From an uncultured delta proteobacterium (GTDB lineage: Bacteria > Desulfobacterota > Binatia > Binatales > Binataceae): a stretch of DNA of 64,000 bases. Location of the stretch: assembly GCA_963808235.1 (NCBI GenBank), contig CAWEEQ010000002.1:128001-192000 (forward strand), given 5' to 3'. Positions within the stretch are counted from its first letter, which is position 1. Each line of letters opens with the position of its first letter. Below the pieces are notes generated by a model that searched no databases, was not told where the DNA came from, and saw only the letters and a program-made list of their open reading frames with translations. Both the position numbers and the translations under genes were made by a program. Positions 8,914 to 19,537 of the stretch are shown piece after piece.

Positions 8914-10515
8914 CTACCGTGGATGCGGAGACAGCCAGACGTGCTCGAAGCGGGTCGGACGCATCGGATTGATCACGTAATCGTTCACCCAGGGCTGACG
9001 GATTATGTAGGTGACCGGGTAGTAGAGAAAAACCCACGGCGCGTCGGCGACGACAATTTTTTCGGCTCGGTCGTAAAGAGCATAGCGCTTGTTCAAATCC
9101 GCTTCGGGAGAGGCCTCATGCAGCAGCTTCTCGACGTCGGGGTTCGAGTAAAAGGTATCGTTGTTCGAGCCCCATTGCGCGCGCGAGAGCAGAGCGCCGA
9201 GAAAGTTTTCGGGGTCGGGAAAGTCGGCCTCCCATCCCTGCATGAAAGACTGCGCCGTATGTGGCTGGCGGACCGCTTCGAGAAACGGTCCCCATGCGAT
9301 CGGTTTCAGCTCGACGTGGATTCCGAGCGGCGCGAGGTCTTGCTGAATCGACTGCGCGAGCATGAGGACGGTCTGGTCGGCGCGCATCCAGATTTCAAAT
9401 GTGAAACCGCCGCCGAGGTGAGCCTCTTCGAGCAGCGCGCGCGCCTTGGCGGGATCGTAATCGTAGCCCTTCAAGCTGGCGTCGTAACCGGGCAGGTTCG
9501 GAGGCATCACGCCTCGCGCGACGATGCCGCGCCCGTTCAGGAGCGCGATCAGCTTGTGCCGATCGATCGCATAGCTTAACGCGCGGCGCACCCGAACGTC
9601 GGTGAACGGCCACATCTGGCAATTCATCCCGAGATAGCGCGTGGTGACGGTGGTCTTGGCGAGCGTGAGTTTTCGGAGCGCGGGAGTTTTCATCACATAT
9701 GGAAACTCGGCCGGCGGGATATCGATCACCGCGTCGATCTGGCCGGCGTCGAAGCGGAGCCACTGAAGCTCCTGGTTGACGCCGACGGATTCGACGATCG
9801 CGTCAAGACGCGGCAAGGGTTTGCCGAAGTAATACGGATTTCTGACCAGCACGAGACGTTGGCCGCCGATCCATTCCTTGAGCATGAAGGCGCCGCTGCC
9901 GACGACGTGACTCGAGAAATCATCGCCCCACTTTTCTGCGACATCGCGAGGAATCGCCGACGCGAAAGGCATCGCGAGTTTGTGCGCGAAGATCGGGTCG
10001 GGCGCGCGCAAATGAAAAACGATCGTCCATGAGTCGGGCGTGAGGATTCCAGCGAGATGCGCGGCGCGATGCGCGATGAAGTCGGCCGAGCCGTCGATAC
10101 CGCGGTAATACTCCATGCCCTTCGAGCGGGTAGCGGGATTGAGTACGCGTTCAACTCCGAAGCGGAAGTCGTCACTGGTTACGGTGCGGCCGTCGGAGAA
10201 GCGCGCATCGCGGCGCAGGTGAAAGGTGAACACGGTCGCGTCGGGAGATGATTCCCAGCTGGTTGCGATATCGGGTTCGAGCTCGATATTGCCGTCGCCG
10301 TAGCGAACCAATGTGTCGAAAATCGCCTGCTCGAAGGTCCACGACACGGTGTCGTATCCGGCGGCCGGGTCGAGAGTGGGTATATCGTCGGCGTCGGCGA
10401 GGCGCAAGATCATCGCGCCGGCAGGCAGTTTGAGCGGTGGCGGTCCGCCGCCGCATCCTGAAGCGATACAAATCGCGACCAGACAGAGCACGAGCGATGC
10501 GCATGCGCGCTTCAT
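8914..10515 (-). CDS. Peptide/nickel ABC transporter substrate-binding lipoprotein
   Basis: Lipobox IASGC, TLDPA, FTFHLR..ARFSDG, DVRVRRAL; start overlaps the upstream stop. Confidence 0.92.
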   Translation of the reverse strand: MKRACASLVLCLVAICIASGCGGGPPPLKLPAGAMILRLADADDIPTLDPAAGYDTVSWTFEQAIFDTLVRYGDGNIELEPDIATSWESSPDATVFTFHLRRDARFSDGRTVTSDDFRFGVERVLNPATRSKGMEYYRGIDGSADFIAHRAAHLAGILTPDSWTIVFHLRAPDPIFAHKLAMPFASAIPRDVAEKWGDDFSSHVVGSGAFMLKEWIGGQRLVLVRNPYYFGKPLPRLDAIVESVGVNQELQWLRFDAGQIDAVIDIPPAEFPYVMKTPALRKLTLAKTTVTTRYLGMNCQMWPFTDVRVRRALSYAIDRHKLIALLNGRGIVARGVMPPNLPGYDASLKGYDYDPAKARALLEEAHLGGGFTFEIWMRADQTVLMLAQSIQQDLAPLGIHVELKPIAWGPFLEAVRQPHTAQSFMQGWEADFPDPENFLGALLSRAQWGSNNDTFYSNPDVEKLLHEASPEADLNKRYALYDRAEKIVVADAPWVFLYYPVTYIIRQPWVNDYVINPMRPTRFEHVWLSPHPR

Positions 10516-11324
10516 TGGGAGCGCCTGCGCAGGAATCCGTAGCCGAGCAGATTGAAACTCAGGACTGCGTAAAAGATTGCGAGACCGGGAAAAGTCGCGA
10601 GCCATGGCGCGGTGCGAAAATAAATCGTGGCCTCTTCGATCATACGGCCCCAGCTTGGAGTCGGCGGCGGCACTCCGAGACCGAGAAAGCTGAGCGCCGC
10701 GTCGAGCAGCAGCGTCCCGGAAGTTCCAAGCGCCGCCATCACAATAATAATCGGCAGGACGTTCGGGAAAATATGGCGTGCGATAAGCCGGCGCGGCGGC
10801 GCGCCAAGGCACAGCGCGCCGACGACGAAATCGCGCGAGGACATCGTGAGCGTCTCGGCCCGGACAACGCGCGCAATCTGCGTCCACGAAACCAGACCAA
10901 TGACGATCAGAATTGTGAGCAGGCTCGGCCGCAGCACCGCGACGAAAGCCATCGCGAGCAAAAGCGCGGGCAGGGAGAGCATCACGTCAGTGAATCGCAT
11001 CAGAAGAAAATCTGTTGCGCCGCCGAAAAACCCGGCACAAAGCCCGATCGCGACGCCGATCGTCATCGTCACGGCCATCGCGGCGACGCTGACCGTGAGC
11101 GAGATTCGCGCACCGAAAATGATTCTCGACAAGACGTCGCGTCCCAGTTCGTCGGTGCCCATCGGAAATGCGAGCGAGGGCGCGCCGGGGTCGCCGAAGG
11201 TCGGCGCAACCACGATAGTAGGATCGTGCGGCGCCAGCCACGGCGCGAAGATGGCGACGACCACCAATAATGCGACCATTGCGGCGCCGACATTCTCTAG
11301 CGTGATGACGCTTCTCGGCTTCAT
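10512..11324 (-). CDS. Peptide ABC transporter permease (DppC/OppC-like)
   Basis: GTDELGRDVLSR, LSFLGLGVPPPTPSWG. Confidence 0.93.
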   Translation of the reverse strand: MKPRSVITLENVGAAMVALLVVVAIFAPWLAPHDPTIVVAPTFGDPGAPSLAFPMGTDELGRDVLSRIIFGARISLTVSVAAMAVTMTIGVAIGLCAGFFGGATDFLLMRFTDVMLSLPALLLAMAFVAVLRPSLLTILIVIGLVSWTQIARVVRAETLTMSSRDFVVGALCLGAPPRRLIARHIFPNVLPIIIVMAALGTSGTLLLDAALSFLGLGVPPPTPSWGRMIEEATIYFRTAPWLATFPGLAIFYAVLSFNLLGYGFLRRRSQ

Positions 11325-12250
11325 ACGCTCTCCGCGAGACGGATCCGCGGGTCGAGATAAGCGTAAAGCAGATCGACGAGCAGATTGACGACGACGATCA
11401 GGAACGCGGAGAAGAGGACGGTGCCCATGATCACCGGGATGTCAAGGTTGAAGATCGCCTCGGCGGCGAGTCGCCCGATTCCCGGCCAGTTGAAGACCGT
11501 CTCGGTGAGGACGACGCCGGAAAGCAGTCCGGCGAGATCGAGTCCGGCAATGGTGACGAGCGGAAGCAGCGCGTTGGCCATCGCATGGCGGAGCATCACG
11601 CGCGCCGGCGAGAGTCCCTTGCCCCGTGCGGTGCGAACGTAATCCTGCTCGAACGCGTCGGATAGGCTGGTGTGCAGCACGCGCGAATAGTAGCCGGCAC
11701 TGCCGAGCGCGAGCGTGATCGTTGGCAGCACGAGGCTCGCGGCGCCGCTGTATCCGCCAAGCGGAAACGAGCGCATCGTTGCGGCAACTGCGATCAGGAG
11801 CATGGTACCGAGCCAAAATACTGGGACCGAGACCAAGGCGAGCGAAATGACCAGCAGCAGGTTGTCCGCGGCGCGGCCGCGATATGCAGCCGCGATTGCA
11901 CCCATGGCAATTCCCAAAATGAGAGAGAGCGCCATCGCGGATGCGGCGAGAATTGCAGTCGCGGGAAGGCGATCGGCGATCAGGCGAGTTACATTTTCGC
12001 GTCGGATATAAGAGCGGCCGAGGTCGCCGCGAAGCGCGCGCTCGACATAGCGCGCATACTGCACGTAGAGCGGCTGGTCGAGTCGGAGCTCATGGCGAAT
12101 CGACGCGAGGGTTTGGGGGTCGGCCTTTGCGCCGGCCATCGCGATTGCGGGATCCGCGGGAACTACGAACGCGATCAGAAACGTTATCAGCGAAGTGCCG
12201 ACTAGTACCGCCGCGCCGAAAACGATTCGCCGGACCACGTAAGTGAGCAT
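11321..12250 (-). CDS. Peptide ABC transporter permease (DppB/OppB-like)
   Basis: GDLGRS, DYVRTARGKG, ETVFNWPGIG. Confidence 0.93.
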   Translation of the reverse strand: MLTYVVRRIVFGAAVLVGTSLITFLIAFVVPADPAIAMAGAKADPQTLASIRHELRLDQPLYVQYARYVERALRGDLGRSYIRRENVTRLIADRLPATAILAASAMALSLILGIAMGAIAAAYRGRAADNLLLVISLALVSVPVFWLGTMLLIAVAATMRSFPLGGYSGAASLVLPTITLALGSAGYYSRVLHTSLSDAFEQDYVRTARGKGLSPARVMLRHAMANALLPLVTIAGLDLAGLLSGVVLTETVFNWPGIGRLAAEAIFNLDIPVIMGTVLFSAFLIVVVNLLVDLLYAYLDPRIRLAESV

Positions 12251-12253
12251 CGT

Positions 12254-12505
12254 TCAGCCCGACAGGATCGCGCGTGCGGCAAGTTCGCGTTTCAGATGAA
12301 GCTCGGCGCGTTCGCGATTGCGCCGTGCGCCCGCGCTGGCAGCGGAAAAATCGAGCGCAGCGCGATCCTGGGGCGAGAGAGTTCCGAGCGCCGCGGACAT
12401 TTCCGCAAATAGTTGATCTTCGGCGGAGGTGCGGGAAGCCGCGGACTCGAGCGCGCGATAGTGGGCCAGGAAGGCTGCGAGGGAAGAGTACGGGGCCGAT
12501 TTCAT
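12254..12505 (-). CDS. Small hypothetical protein
   Basis: Fills the gap between co-oriented operon genes; helical composition. Confidence 0.55.
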   Translation of the reverse strand: MKSAPYSSLAAFLAHYRALESAASRTSAEDQLFAEMSAALGTLSPQDRAALDFSAASAGARRNRERAELHLKRELAARAILSG

Positions 12506-12515
12506 GGCAGCGGGA

Positions 12516-13241
12516 TCAGCCGGCGGTCGCGCCGAGTGGAGAGATCGCGAGACCGATCGCATAGCCGGCAGCGGCCGCGCCCATGGCGATAGCCAGAAAT
12601 CGAGTGCCGGAACGCCAGCGATCGCTTCGATGCGCCAGCCATCCTTCGAAATATCCGACCGCGAACAAGGTTAGAGCGGTGGCGATAAGCGCGCCGCCAA
12701 GATCGAAGCGCGGAGTCGTGATGAGCATATATGGAAGCAGCGGCACCAACGCGCCGATCAAAAACGCTACCCCCATTACGATTCCGTCTACGGCGGGGTT
12801 GGCTGCTATCGCGCCGCCGAGGCCGAACATCTTTGCCTCGGCCGTGGAAGTCAGAGCTTCCGGCGAAGTGCCAAGCAGCTGGACGATCCTGTAGGCGGAC
12901 TCGCGGCTGAGGCCCTCCTTGCAGAGTGCGTCGAGCAAACCTTCCCTCACCACATAAGGTTTGCGGACAGCGTCCTCGCGCACGATCGCGAGTTCGGCGC
13001 GCAGAACCTCGGTTTCGGCGCGAGTGCCCAGGTAGGCTCCTGCAGCCATCGAGAGCGCACCGGCCGCGGTCGATGCCAGCGCGGCCAAGGCCACCTGCGA
13101 ATGTTGCGAGACCGCGCCGCTCAGCCCGCACAAGACGCCGGCGGTGGTCAGCACGCCGTCCTGCACGCCGAACACAATTTCGCGGACGCTCGAGAGCCGC
13201 TCGAAGGTTCGCTTTTTATCGGCGGAATCGATTACTGCCAA
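12516..13241 (-). CDS. VIT1/CCC1 family Fe/Mn transporter
   Basis: REIVFGVQDG, AGALSMAAGAYL, GALVPLLPY. Confidence 0.92.
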   Translation of the reverse strand: MAVIDSADKKRTFERLSSVREIVFGVQDGVLTTAGVLCGLSGAVSQHSQVALAALASTAAGALSMAAGAYLGTRAETEVLRAELAIVREDAVRKPYVVREGLLDALCKEGLSRESAYRIVQLLGTSPEALTSTAEAKMFGLGGAIAANPAVDGIVMGVAFLIGALVPLLPYMLITTPRFDLGGALIATALTLFAVGYFEGWLAHRSDRWRSGTRFLAIAMGAAAAGYAIGLAISPLGATAG

Positions 13242-13248
13242 GCTCGAC

Positions 13249-13776
13249 CTAGAACTTTCGCTCTATCGGGCCGCACTCGGCGCCCGGAGTCCAATCGGCG
13301 GGGCAGAGTTGGCCGGTTCGAAGTGCGCGCACGATTCGGAGCGTCTCGACGACGCTGCGTCCGACGTTGAAGGGACACGACACCGAATATACTACGGTGC
13401 GCTTGCGATCGAGGATGAAGGTCGCGCGCAGAGCCGCCTTTTCGTTTTGATCGAATACCCCGTAGCTGCTCGCGAGGTTGCCTTCGTCGTCGGCGAGCAG
13501 CGGGTACGAGATTCCGCCAAGCTCAGTTGCCCACCTGAGATGGCTGTCAACGTTGTCGACACTCGCGCCGAGGACGGAGGTGTCTTCAGCGATGAATTCG
13601 TCGAGCGCCCGGTTGAAGCCGGTGACCTCGGTCGGGCAGACGAACGAGAAGTCGCGCGGATAGAAAAAGATCAGGACCAGTTCTGACTTGATCTTCGCAA
13701 GGCTCGAGCGCGCGATGCGCCCGTCGAGGACGCAGGGAAGATCGAAGGCCGGTGCGGGATCGCCTGGCTTCAGCAT
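13249..13776 (-). CDS. 2-Cys peroxiredoxin (AhpC/TSA)
   Basis: FYPRDFSFVCPTE, GRSVVE, LCPADW. Confidence 0.93.
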   Translation of the reverse strand: MLKPGDPAPAFDLPCVLDGRIARSSLAKIKSELVLIFFYPRDFSFVCPTEVTGFNRALDEFIAEDTSVLGASVDNVDSHLRWATELGGISYPLLADDEGNLASSYGVFDQNEKAALRATFILDRKRTVVYSVSCPFNVGRSVVETLRIVRALRTGQLCPADWTPGAECGPIERKF

Positions 13777-13816
13777 CGCGAGTTCAAGTGAGCGCTAGTC
13801 ATATTGCTCAGGTAAA

Positions 13817-14545
13817 CTACTCAATCTCGAAAGTGAGAGAAACCGTCGCCGAAACCGTGACCTCGCCCGGCTCGACCGGAGTCGCGGCGCGAGTTGCGGC
13901 CATCGCCATCGGCATCCGTTGCATCGGAATCGGACGTGCTTCCGCGAGCGTGGTTGCCTTTAGCACTTTGCCGAGTTTCACGCCGAGCGCCGACGCGAGC
14001 GCGTCTGCCTGCGCCTTGGCGTCGCGAGTCGCGATGGTTATTGCTTCGGTACGCGCCTTTACATCGTTCTTGACGGTGAAGTTCAGGTAGTCGACCCGAT
14101 TCGCGCCGGCGGAAATCGAGGAATCGATCAGCGCGCCGACCAGGTCGATCGCGCCGGTCTCGACGATGATCGAGTTTTGCGCGGTATAACCGGTGATAGT
14201 GGGTTTCTCATGACCGGGGCGCTGGTCGTACTCGGGATTCAGCGAGTAGCCGCTGGTAGATATTTTGCCCTTGTCGCCGAGCTTCGACTTGAGCGCCGCG
14301 GTCACTTTTCCGGCGAGCGCGGCATTACGATTCGCAGCCTCCTCCGCGGTCGCGCCGTTAGTCTCGATCGCGACGCTCAGCTCCGCGAAATCCGGCGACG
14401 TGCGCGACTCACCGTTTCCGTCAACGGCAATAATTCGCTGCGCCAGAGCATTTGGCTCGCTCTGCGCCGACGCCGACACCGCAAAGATTGTCAGCGGCAG
14501 CATCAGAATGGCGACCCCGGGTAGTATGCGATTCATCTTTATCAT
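13817..14545 (-). CDS. SIMPL (DUF541) domain periplasmic protein
   Basis: Signal peptide, PDFAELS, GANRV, VEPGEVTVSATVSLTFEI. Confidence 0.9.
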   Translation of the reverse strand: MIKMNRILPGVAILMLPLTIFAVSASAQSEPNALAQRIIAVDGNGESRTSPDFAELSVAIETNGATAEEAANRNAALAGKVTAALKSKLGDKGKISTSGYSLNPEYDQRPGHEKPTITGYTAQNSIIVETGAIDLVGALIDSSISAGANRVDYLNFTVKNDVKARTEAITIATRDAKAQADALASALGVKLGKVLKATTLAEARPIPMQRMPMAMAATRAATPVEPGEVTVSATVSLTFEIE

Positions 14546-14663
14546 TGATCACCTTCGGGATGATTGTTCACCTTCGGGCCGCTTGCGGACTAACATTGAT
14601 TCGGGCGGACTTTATCCGGAGACTGTATCAATTGACGATAACCGCGATCGATACACAAGACGA

Positions 14664-16127
14664 ATGGCGCAAAAACCGGACGACAAGAAAGTAACTCCGC
14701 GCAGCGAGGACTTCGCCGCGTGGTACAACGACATCTGCCTCCGCGCGGAACTGGCGGACTATTCTCCGGTGCGCGGATGCATCGTGTTTCGGCCCGACGG
14801 TTTTGCGATTTGGGAGGCGCTTCGGGACGAGCTGGACAAACGAATCAAGAAGACCGGCGCGCGCAACGCCTACTTCCCGCTCTTCATTCCGCAGAGCTTC
14901 CTGAACAAGGAGGCGCAACACGTCGAGGGCTTCGCTCCCGAGGTCGCGGTCGTTACCCACGGCGGCGGCAAGGAGCTCGAAGAGCCGCTGATCGTGCGGC
15001 CAACGTCCGAAACGATCATCAATCATATGTTCTCGCAGTGGATCAGATCGCATCGCGATTTGCCGATGATGGTCAACCAATGGGCCAACGTCGTGCGATG
15101 GGAGATGCGAACGCGGCTCTTTCTGCGCACCACGGAATTCCTGTGGCAGGAGGGGCATACCGCGCACGCAAGCTCCGAAGAAGCGGTGACCGAGACGCTC
15201 ACGATGCTCGAGGTGTATCGGAAGTTCGTCGAGGAGTTCCTGGCGATTCCGGTGGTCGTCGGACGCAAGAGCGCGGCGGAGCGTTTTCCGGGCGCGGTCG
15301 AGACTTACGCAATCGAAGGCCTGATGGGCGACGGGCGCGCGCTGCAATGCGGCACCTCGCATTTCCTCGGGCAGAATTTTTCGAAGGCATTCGAGACGCG
15401 CTATCTTGACGATCAAAACCAGATGCAGCTCGTGTGGCAAACAAGCTGGGGCGTATCGACGCGGCTGCTCGGCGCGATCGTGATGGCGCACGGCGACGAC
15501 CAGGGGCTGCGGCTGCCGCCGACGGTTGCCTCAACGCAGGCGGTGATCGTGCCTATATGGCGCAAGCCGGACGAAGGCGAGAAAGTGCTCGCGGCTGCGC
15601 GCGCGATGTTAGATGCGCTCGAGCAGGCGAACATCCGCGTACGCCTTGACGATCGCGACGGGATGACGCCGGGCTTCAAGTTCAACGATTGGGAGATGCG
15701 CGGGGTGCCGGTGAGAATCGAGATTGGGCCGCGCGATGTGGCGTCGGGAGAAGCAGTGCTCGCGCGGCGCGACAAGTTGGGACCGGAGGCGAAGAGCAAA
15801 GCCTCGATGACGACGATCGTCGGTACAGTCAGCGCGATGCTCGCCGAGATTCAGGCGAGTCTCTACGCGCAGGCGAAGGTCGCGATGATTGCGAACACGC
15901 GTCAGTTCGACGACTACGCAGCGTTCAAGAAACACATGGAAACAGAAGGCGGTGGCGGATTCGCGGACTTGTATTGGTGCGGGAAGCCGGTCTGCGAGAC
16001 CAAGATTCGCGAAGAGAGTAAGGCGACTTGTCGCGCGATCCCTCTCGAACAAAATGATCCGCCGGGCAAGTGCATCGTGTGCGGGGAGTCGGCGCCGGAG
16101 CGCGCGTACTTCGCGAAGTCGTATTAG
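14664..16127 (+). CDS. proS: Proline--tRNA ligase (eukaryote/archaea-like type)
   Basis: RPTSET, QWANVVRWE, FLRTTEFLWQEGHT, TSWGVSTR, C-terminal AKSY. Confidence 0.97.
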   Translation: MAQKPDDKKVTPRSEDFAAWYNDICLRAELADYSPVRGCIVFRPDGFAIWEALRDELDKRIKKTGARNAYFPLFIPQSFLNKEAQHVEGFAPEVAVVTHGGGKELEEPLIVRPTSETIINHMFSQWIRSHRDLPMMVNQWANVVRWEMRTRLFLRTTEFLWQEGHTAHASSEEAVTETLTMLEVYRKFVEEFLAIPVVVGRKSAAERFPGAVETYAIEGLMGDGRALQCGTSHFLGQNFSKAFETRYLDDQNQMQLVWQTSWGVSTRLLGAIVMAHGDDQGLRLPPTVASTQAVIVPIWRKPDEGEKVLAAARAMLDALEQANIRVRLDDRDGMTPGFKFNDWEMRGVPVRIEIGPRDVASGEAVLARRDKLGPEAKSKASMTTIVGTVSAMLAEIQASLYAQAKVAMIANTRQFDDYAAFKKHMETEGGGGFADLYWCGKPVCETKIREESKATCRAIPLEQNDPPGKCIVCGESAPERAYFAKSY

Positions 16128-16131
16128 GGAA

Positions 16132-17130
16132 TCAGAACTCGTAGCTGATCTTCATTGCGGTGCGGACTTCACGCATCGTCTCTTGCGCGACGGCGCGGCC
16201 TTTGCGAGTGCCTTCGACGATAATCTCGCGGACGCGATCGGGTTTGGCGGCAAATTCGGCACGGCGGGCGCGAATCGGTTCCAGAAACGCGTCCAGCGCC
16301 TTGAACAGCTTCTCCTTCACCTCAACGTCGCCGACGGTGCCTTTGCGATAACGCTCCTTCAAGTCAGCGACTTCGCCTTTGTCGGGATTGAAACTGTCGT
16401 GGTAGGTGAAGACGGGGTTGCCCTCGACGTGGCCGGGGTCGGTCGGATGGAGCCGGGTCGGATCGGTGTACATCGACATGACGCGCTTGCGAACGACCTC
16501 GGATGGATCGCCCAGGTAGATGCAGTTGCCGAGTGACTTCCCCATTTTCGCGCCGCCGTCGGTGCCGGGCAGACGCGCCACTTCGCCGACCAGGGCCTTC
16601 GGCTCGACGAGCACTTTGTCGTACATACGATTGAAGCGGCGCACGATCTCGCGCGCCTGTTCGATCATCGGGAGCTGATCTTCGCCGACCGGAACCAGGT
16701 GCGCCTTGAATATCGTGATGTCTGATGCCTGCGAAATGGGATACGTGTAGAAGCCCACCGGCAGACCCTTGGCGAAATTCTTCTGTTTGATTTCTTCCTT
16801 GAGAGTAGGATTGCGCTCGAGCGTCGCGACGGTAACCAGGTTCATGAAGTAGATAGTGAGTTCGGTCAGCTCGGGGACCATCGACTGCACTACTATCTTC
16901 ACCTTTTCGGGATCGAGGCCGACCGCCAGGTAGTCCAACGCGACTTCGAAGATATTGGCCTCGAGTTTCTCCGGATGCTCGAAATTGTCGGTCAGAGCCT
17001 GGATGTCTGCGATCAAGATGTAGGTGTCGTATTCATTTTGCAGGCGTACGCGATTTGCCAGCGAGCCAACGTAGTGGCCAAGATGCAGCGGTCCGGTCGG
17101 ACGGTCGCCGGTGAGTATTCTTTTGAGCAT
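16132..17130 (-). CDS. trpS: Tryptophan--tRNA ligase
   Basis: [25 protein letters not shown]. Confidence 0.96.
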   Translation of the reverse strand: MLKRILTGDRPTGPLHLGHYVGSLANRVRLQNEYDTYILIADIQALTDNFEHPEKLEANIFEVALDYLAVGLDPEKVKIVVQSMVPELTELTIYFMNLVTVATLERNPTLKEEIKQKNFAKGLPVGFYTYPISQASDITIFKAHLVPVGEDQLPMIEQAREIVRRFNRMYDKVLVEPKALVGEVARLPGTDGGAKMGKSLGNCIYLGDPSEVVRKRVMSMYTDPTRLHPTDPGHVEGNPVFTYHDSFNPDKGEVADLKERYRKGTVGDVEVKEKLFKALDAFLEPIRARRAEFAAKPDRVREIIVEGTRKGRAVAQETMREVRTAMKISYEF

Positions 17131-17165
17131 CGGATAATTAGCTGGTTGATTAGTCAGTCGAATAG

Positions 17166-18044
17166 TCAGTTCGTCGCGAAGAGACTTCGCAAAGTCGCCA
17201 GGTTCTCGATATCCTCTTTCAGCTCGGGACCTTTGGGCGTTTCCAGGCACATCGGCAGTCCGAAGAATCGCCGATCGTTCACAATGCGGCGAAAGGCGTC
17301 GAGACCGATGAAGCCCTTGCCGATATGCTGATGGCGATCGACCTTCGAATTGAAATCCTTGACCGAATCGTTCAGATGGAACGCGACAATTCTCTTGAGG
17401 CCGATGTACTTGTCGAGTTCGCTGAAGGTATTTTCGTATCCTTCGGGAGTGCGCAGATCGTAGCCCGAGGCGAACGCGTGTTCAGTGTCGAAGCATAGCC
17501 GCAGCCGATCGTTCTCCTTGACCGCGTCGAAGATACGGCCCATCTGCTGAAAGTTGCAGCCGAGCGTGCTGCCCTGTCCCGCCGTGATTTCGAGCGCGAT
17601 CTTTACCGCGAAGCCTTTGCAGGCGGCATGCGCCTCGTCGATCGATCTGGCGATCGTCTTAATGCCGGCTTCCTCGCCTGAGCCAACATGCGCGCCGGGA
17701 TGAGCGACCAGCGTTGGTACCCCAAGCGCCTCGCATCGATTCAACTCGTCGATGAAGCCTTTGACCGACTTGATTCGCAGCGCATCGTCCGGAGCGCCGA
17801 GATTCACCAGGTAGGAATCGTGGGCGATCACTTTGGCGATTCCGGTTTCGCGTTGATTGCGTTTGAAGGTTTCGATTTCCTCTTTTGAGTACGGCTTGGA
17901 CGCCCACTGGCGCGACGACTTGGTGAAAATCTGGATACACTCGCATCCGGCCTGCTTGCCACGATTGAGCGCCTCGCCGACTTCGCCGGCGATCGACATG
18001 TGTGCGCCGAGCATGGGACGATCGGACTTCGTTGAATGCGTCAT
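17166..18044 (-). CDS. nfo: Endonuclease IV
   Basis: [39 protein letters not shown]. Confidence 0.96.
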   Translation of the reverse strand: MTHSTKSDRPMLGAHMSIAGEVGEALNRGKQAGCECIQIFTKSSRQWASKPYSKEEIETFKRNQRETGIAKVIAHDSYLVNLGAPDDALRIKSVKGFIDELNRCEALGVPTLVAHPGAHVGSGEEAGIKTIARSIDEAHAACKGFAVKIALEITAGQGSTLGCNFQQMGRIFDAVKENDRLRLCFDTEHAFASGYDLRTPEGYENTFSELDKYIGLKRIVAFHLNDSVKDFNSKVDRHQHIGKGFIGLDAFRRIVNDRRFFGLPMCLETPKGPELKEDIENLATLRSLFATN

Positions 18045-18176
18045 GGTTCAGAGCCGTCCTTAGTGTGTCCGCATTTGCGGATCCAATCGCATCGCAATTC
18101 TATACCATAGACCGGTGTCGGGATGCGTCTCTTGCCCGCCAGGCCCGCGGGTGGATACTTCATTACTCTGTATTCT

Positions 18177-18587
18177 ATGCGTATCTCATTCGTTGCGACC
18201 TGGATTCTGGCGCTTGGCGTTGCGGCTTCCGGATGTGCCAGGGCGGTCCGGCTGCCGCCGCAGGCGACGCTTGCGGAAGTCGAGCCGTCGGGCCGCGCCG
18301 CCAAGCCGCCCAATTGCGACATGCCGGTATTGCGTCGTGAGCCGCTGACCGATTTTCGCAAGGTCGCGATCGTCGAAGGATTGGGAAGTGTCTATGCGAG
18401 CGAAGCTGATGTGCTGCCGGTCGTGCAGCGCAAGGCCTGCGAAAGTGGCGCCGACGCGATCATCATATTGACGAGCAAATCGCAGACCAGCGAAGGCATG
18501 ACGGGCTACTACATAAACTCGGTCGCGATCGTGTACGGGAAGAGAAATCCGGCCGCGGAGCAGGGCGCGAGTCAAATCCTTCGCTGA
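18177..18587 (+). CDS. Hypothetical lipoprotein
   Basis: Lipobox ASGC; ACESGADAIII motif. Confidence 0.7.
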   Translation: MRISFVATWILALGVAASGCARAVRLPPQATLAEVEPSGRAAKPPNCDMPVLRREPLTDFRKVAIVEGLGSVYASEADVLPVVQRKACESGADAIIILTSKSQTSEGMTGYYINSVAIVYGKRNPAAEQGASQILR

Positions 18588-18650
18588 AGATGCGCAGCTC
18601 CGGCCAATTGCTTTCGTGTCGGCGCAATTTCAGCGCATGATAGGTGCCTG

Positions 18651-19523
18651 ATGGCGGCGGCGAAACGGTCCATAAAGACAGTCGGGCTGGTGGTCAAGCG
18701 CGACCGGCCCGAAGCGACCAAGATCGCGCGGATCCTCGTCCGGTTTTTGCGGAGCTTGCACAAGATTCCAATCGCCGACGCGGAGATGTCGAAAACGATT
18801 GGCGCCGAGCCCGTTGAGCGCCATCAACTGGGCGACCACGCCGACCTGATCGTGGTACTCGGCGGAGACGGCACGCTGCTCGGCGTCGCGCGGCTGGTCG
18901 CGTCGCAGGGGATTCCCATCCTGGGCGTGAATCTGGGCGGACTCGGGTTCCTGACCGAAGTGACGATCAAGGAGTCGCGTGCGGCGCTCGAGCGCGTGCT
19001 CCACGGCGACTACGAAGTCGACCGGCGCATCATGCTGGAAGCGATCGTCGAGCGCGCATCGGAGGAGCTGAACCGCGCGGAGACTTACCAGGCATTCAAC
19101 GACGTGGTGGTCGGCAAAGGGCCGCTCGGCAGAATGCTCGAACTCGACGTGCTCGCGAACCGCAAGCCGTTTTGCTCGTATCGCGCCGACGGATTGATCG
19201 TTGCGACCCCGACCGGCTCGACCGCCTACGCACTTGCCGCGGGAGGGCCAATCGTTTATCCGACGCTCGGCGCGATCGTGCTGGCGCCGATCTGTCCGCA
19301 TACGTTGAGCAACCGCCCGGTCGTGCTGCCCGATTCGTATCATATCGAGATTCATGTAAGGGCACCCGACCACGACGCAACTTTCACTGTCGACGGGCAG
19401 GAGTCGGCGCAGCTGGGTCCGTCCGACACGATCAGGATTCATCGCGGGCGGCATAGTGTGTCGTTGATTCGTTCCGCTCATCCATATTTCGAAATCTGGC
19501 GCAACAAGCTCCACTGGGGATAG
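18651..19523 (+). CDS. nadK: NAD kinase
   Basis: GGDGT, GGLGFL, ND, DGLIVATPTGSTAY. Confidence 0.96.
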   Translation: MAAAKRSIKTVGLVVKRDRPEATKIARILVRFLRSLHKIPIADAEMSKTIGAEPVERHQLGDHADLIVVLGGDGTLLGVARLVASQGIPILGVNLGGLGFLTEVTIKESRAALERVLHGDYEVDRRIMLEAIVERASEELNRAETYQAFNDVVVGKGPLGRMLELDVLANRKPFCSYRADGLIVATPTGSTAYALAAGGPIVYPTLGAIVLAPICPHTLSNRPVVLPDSYHIEIHVRAPDHDATFTVDGQESAQLGPSDTIRIHRGRHSVSLIRSAHPYFEIWRNKLHWG

Positions 19524-19537
19524 GCGCGCGGGTACCG

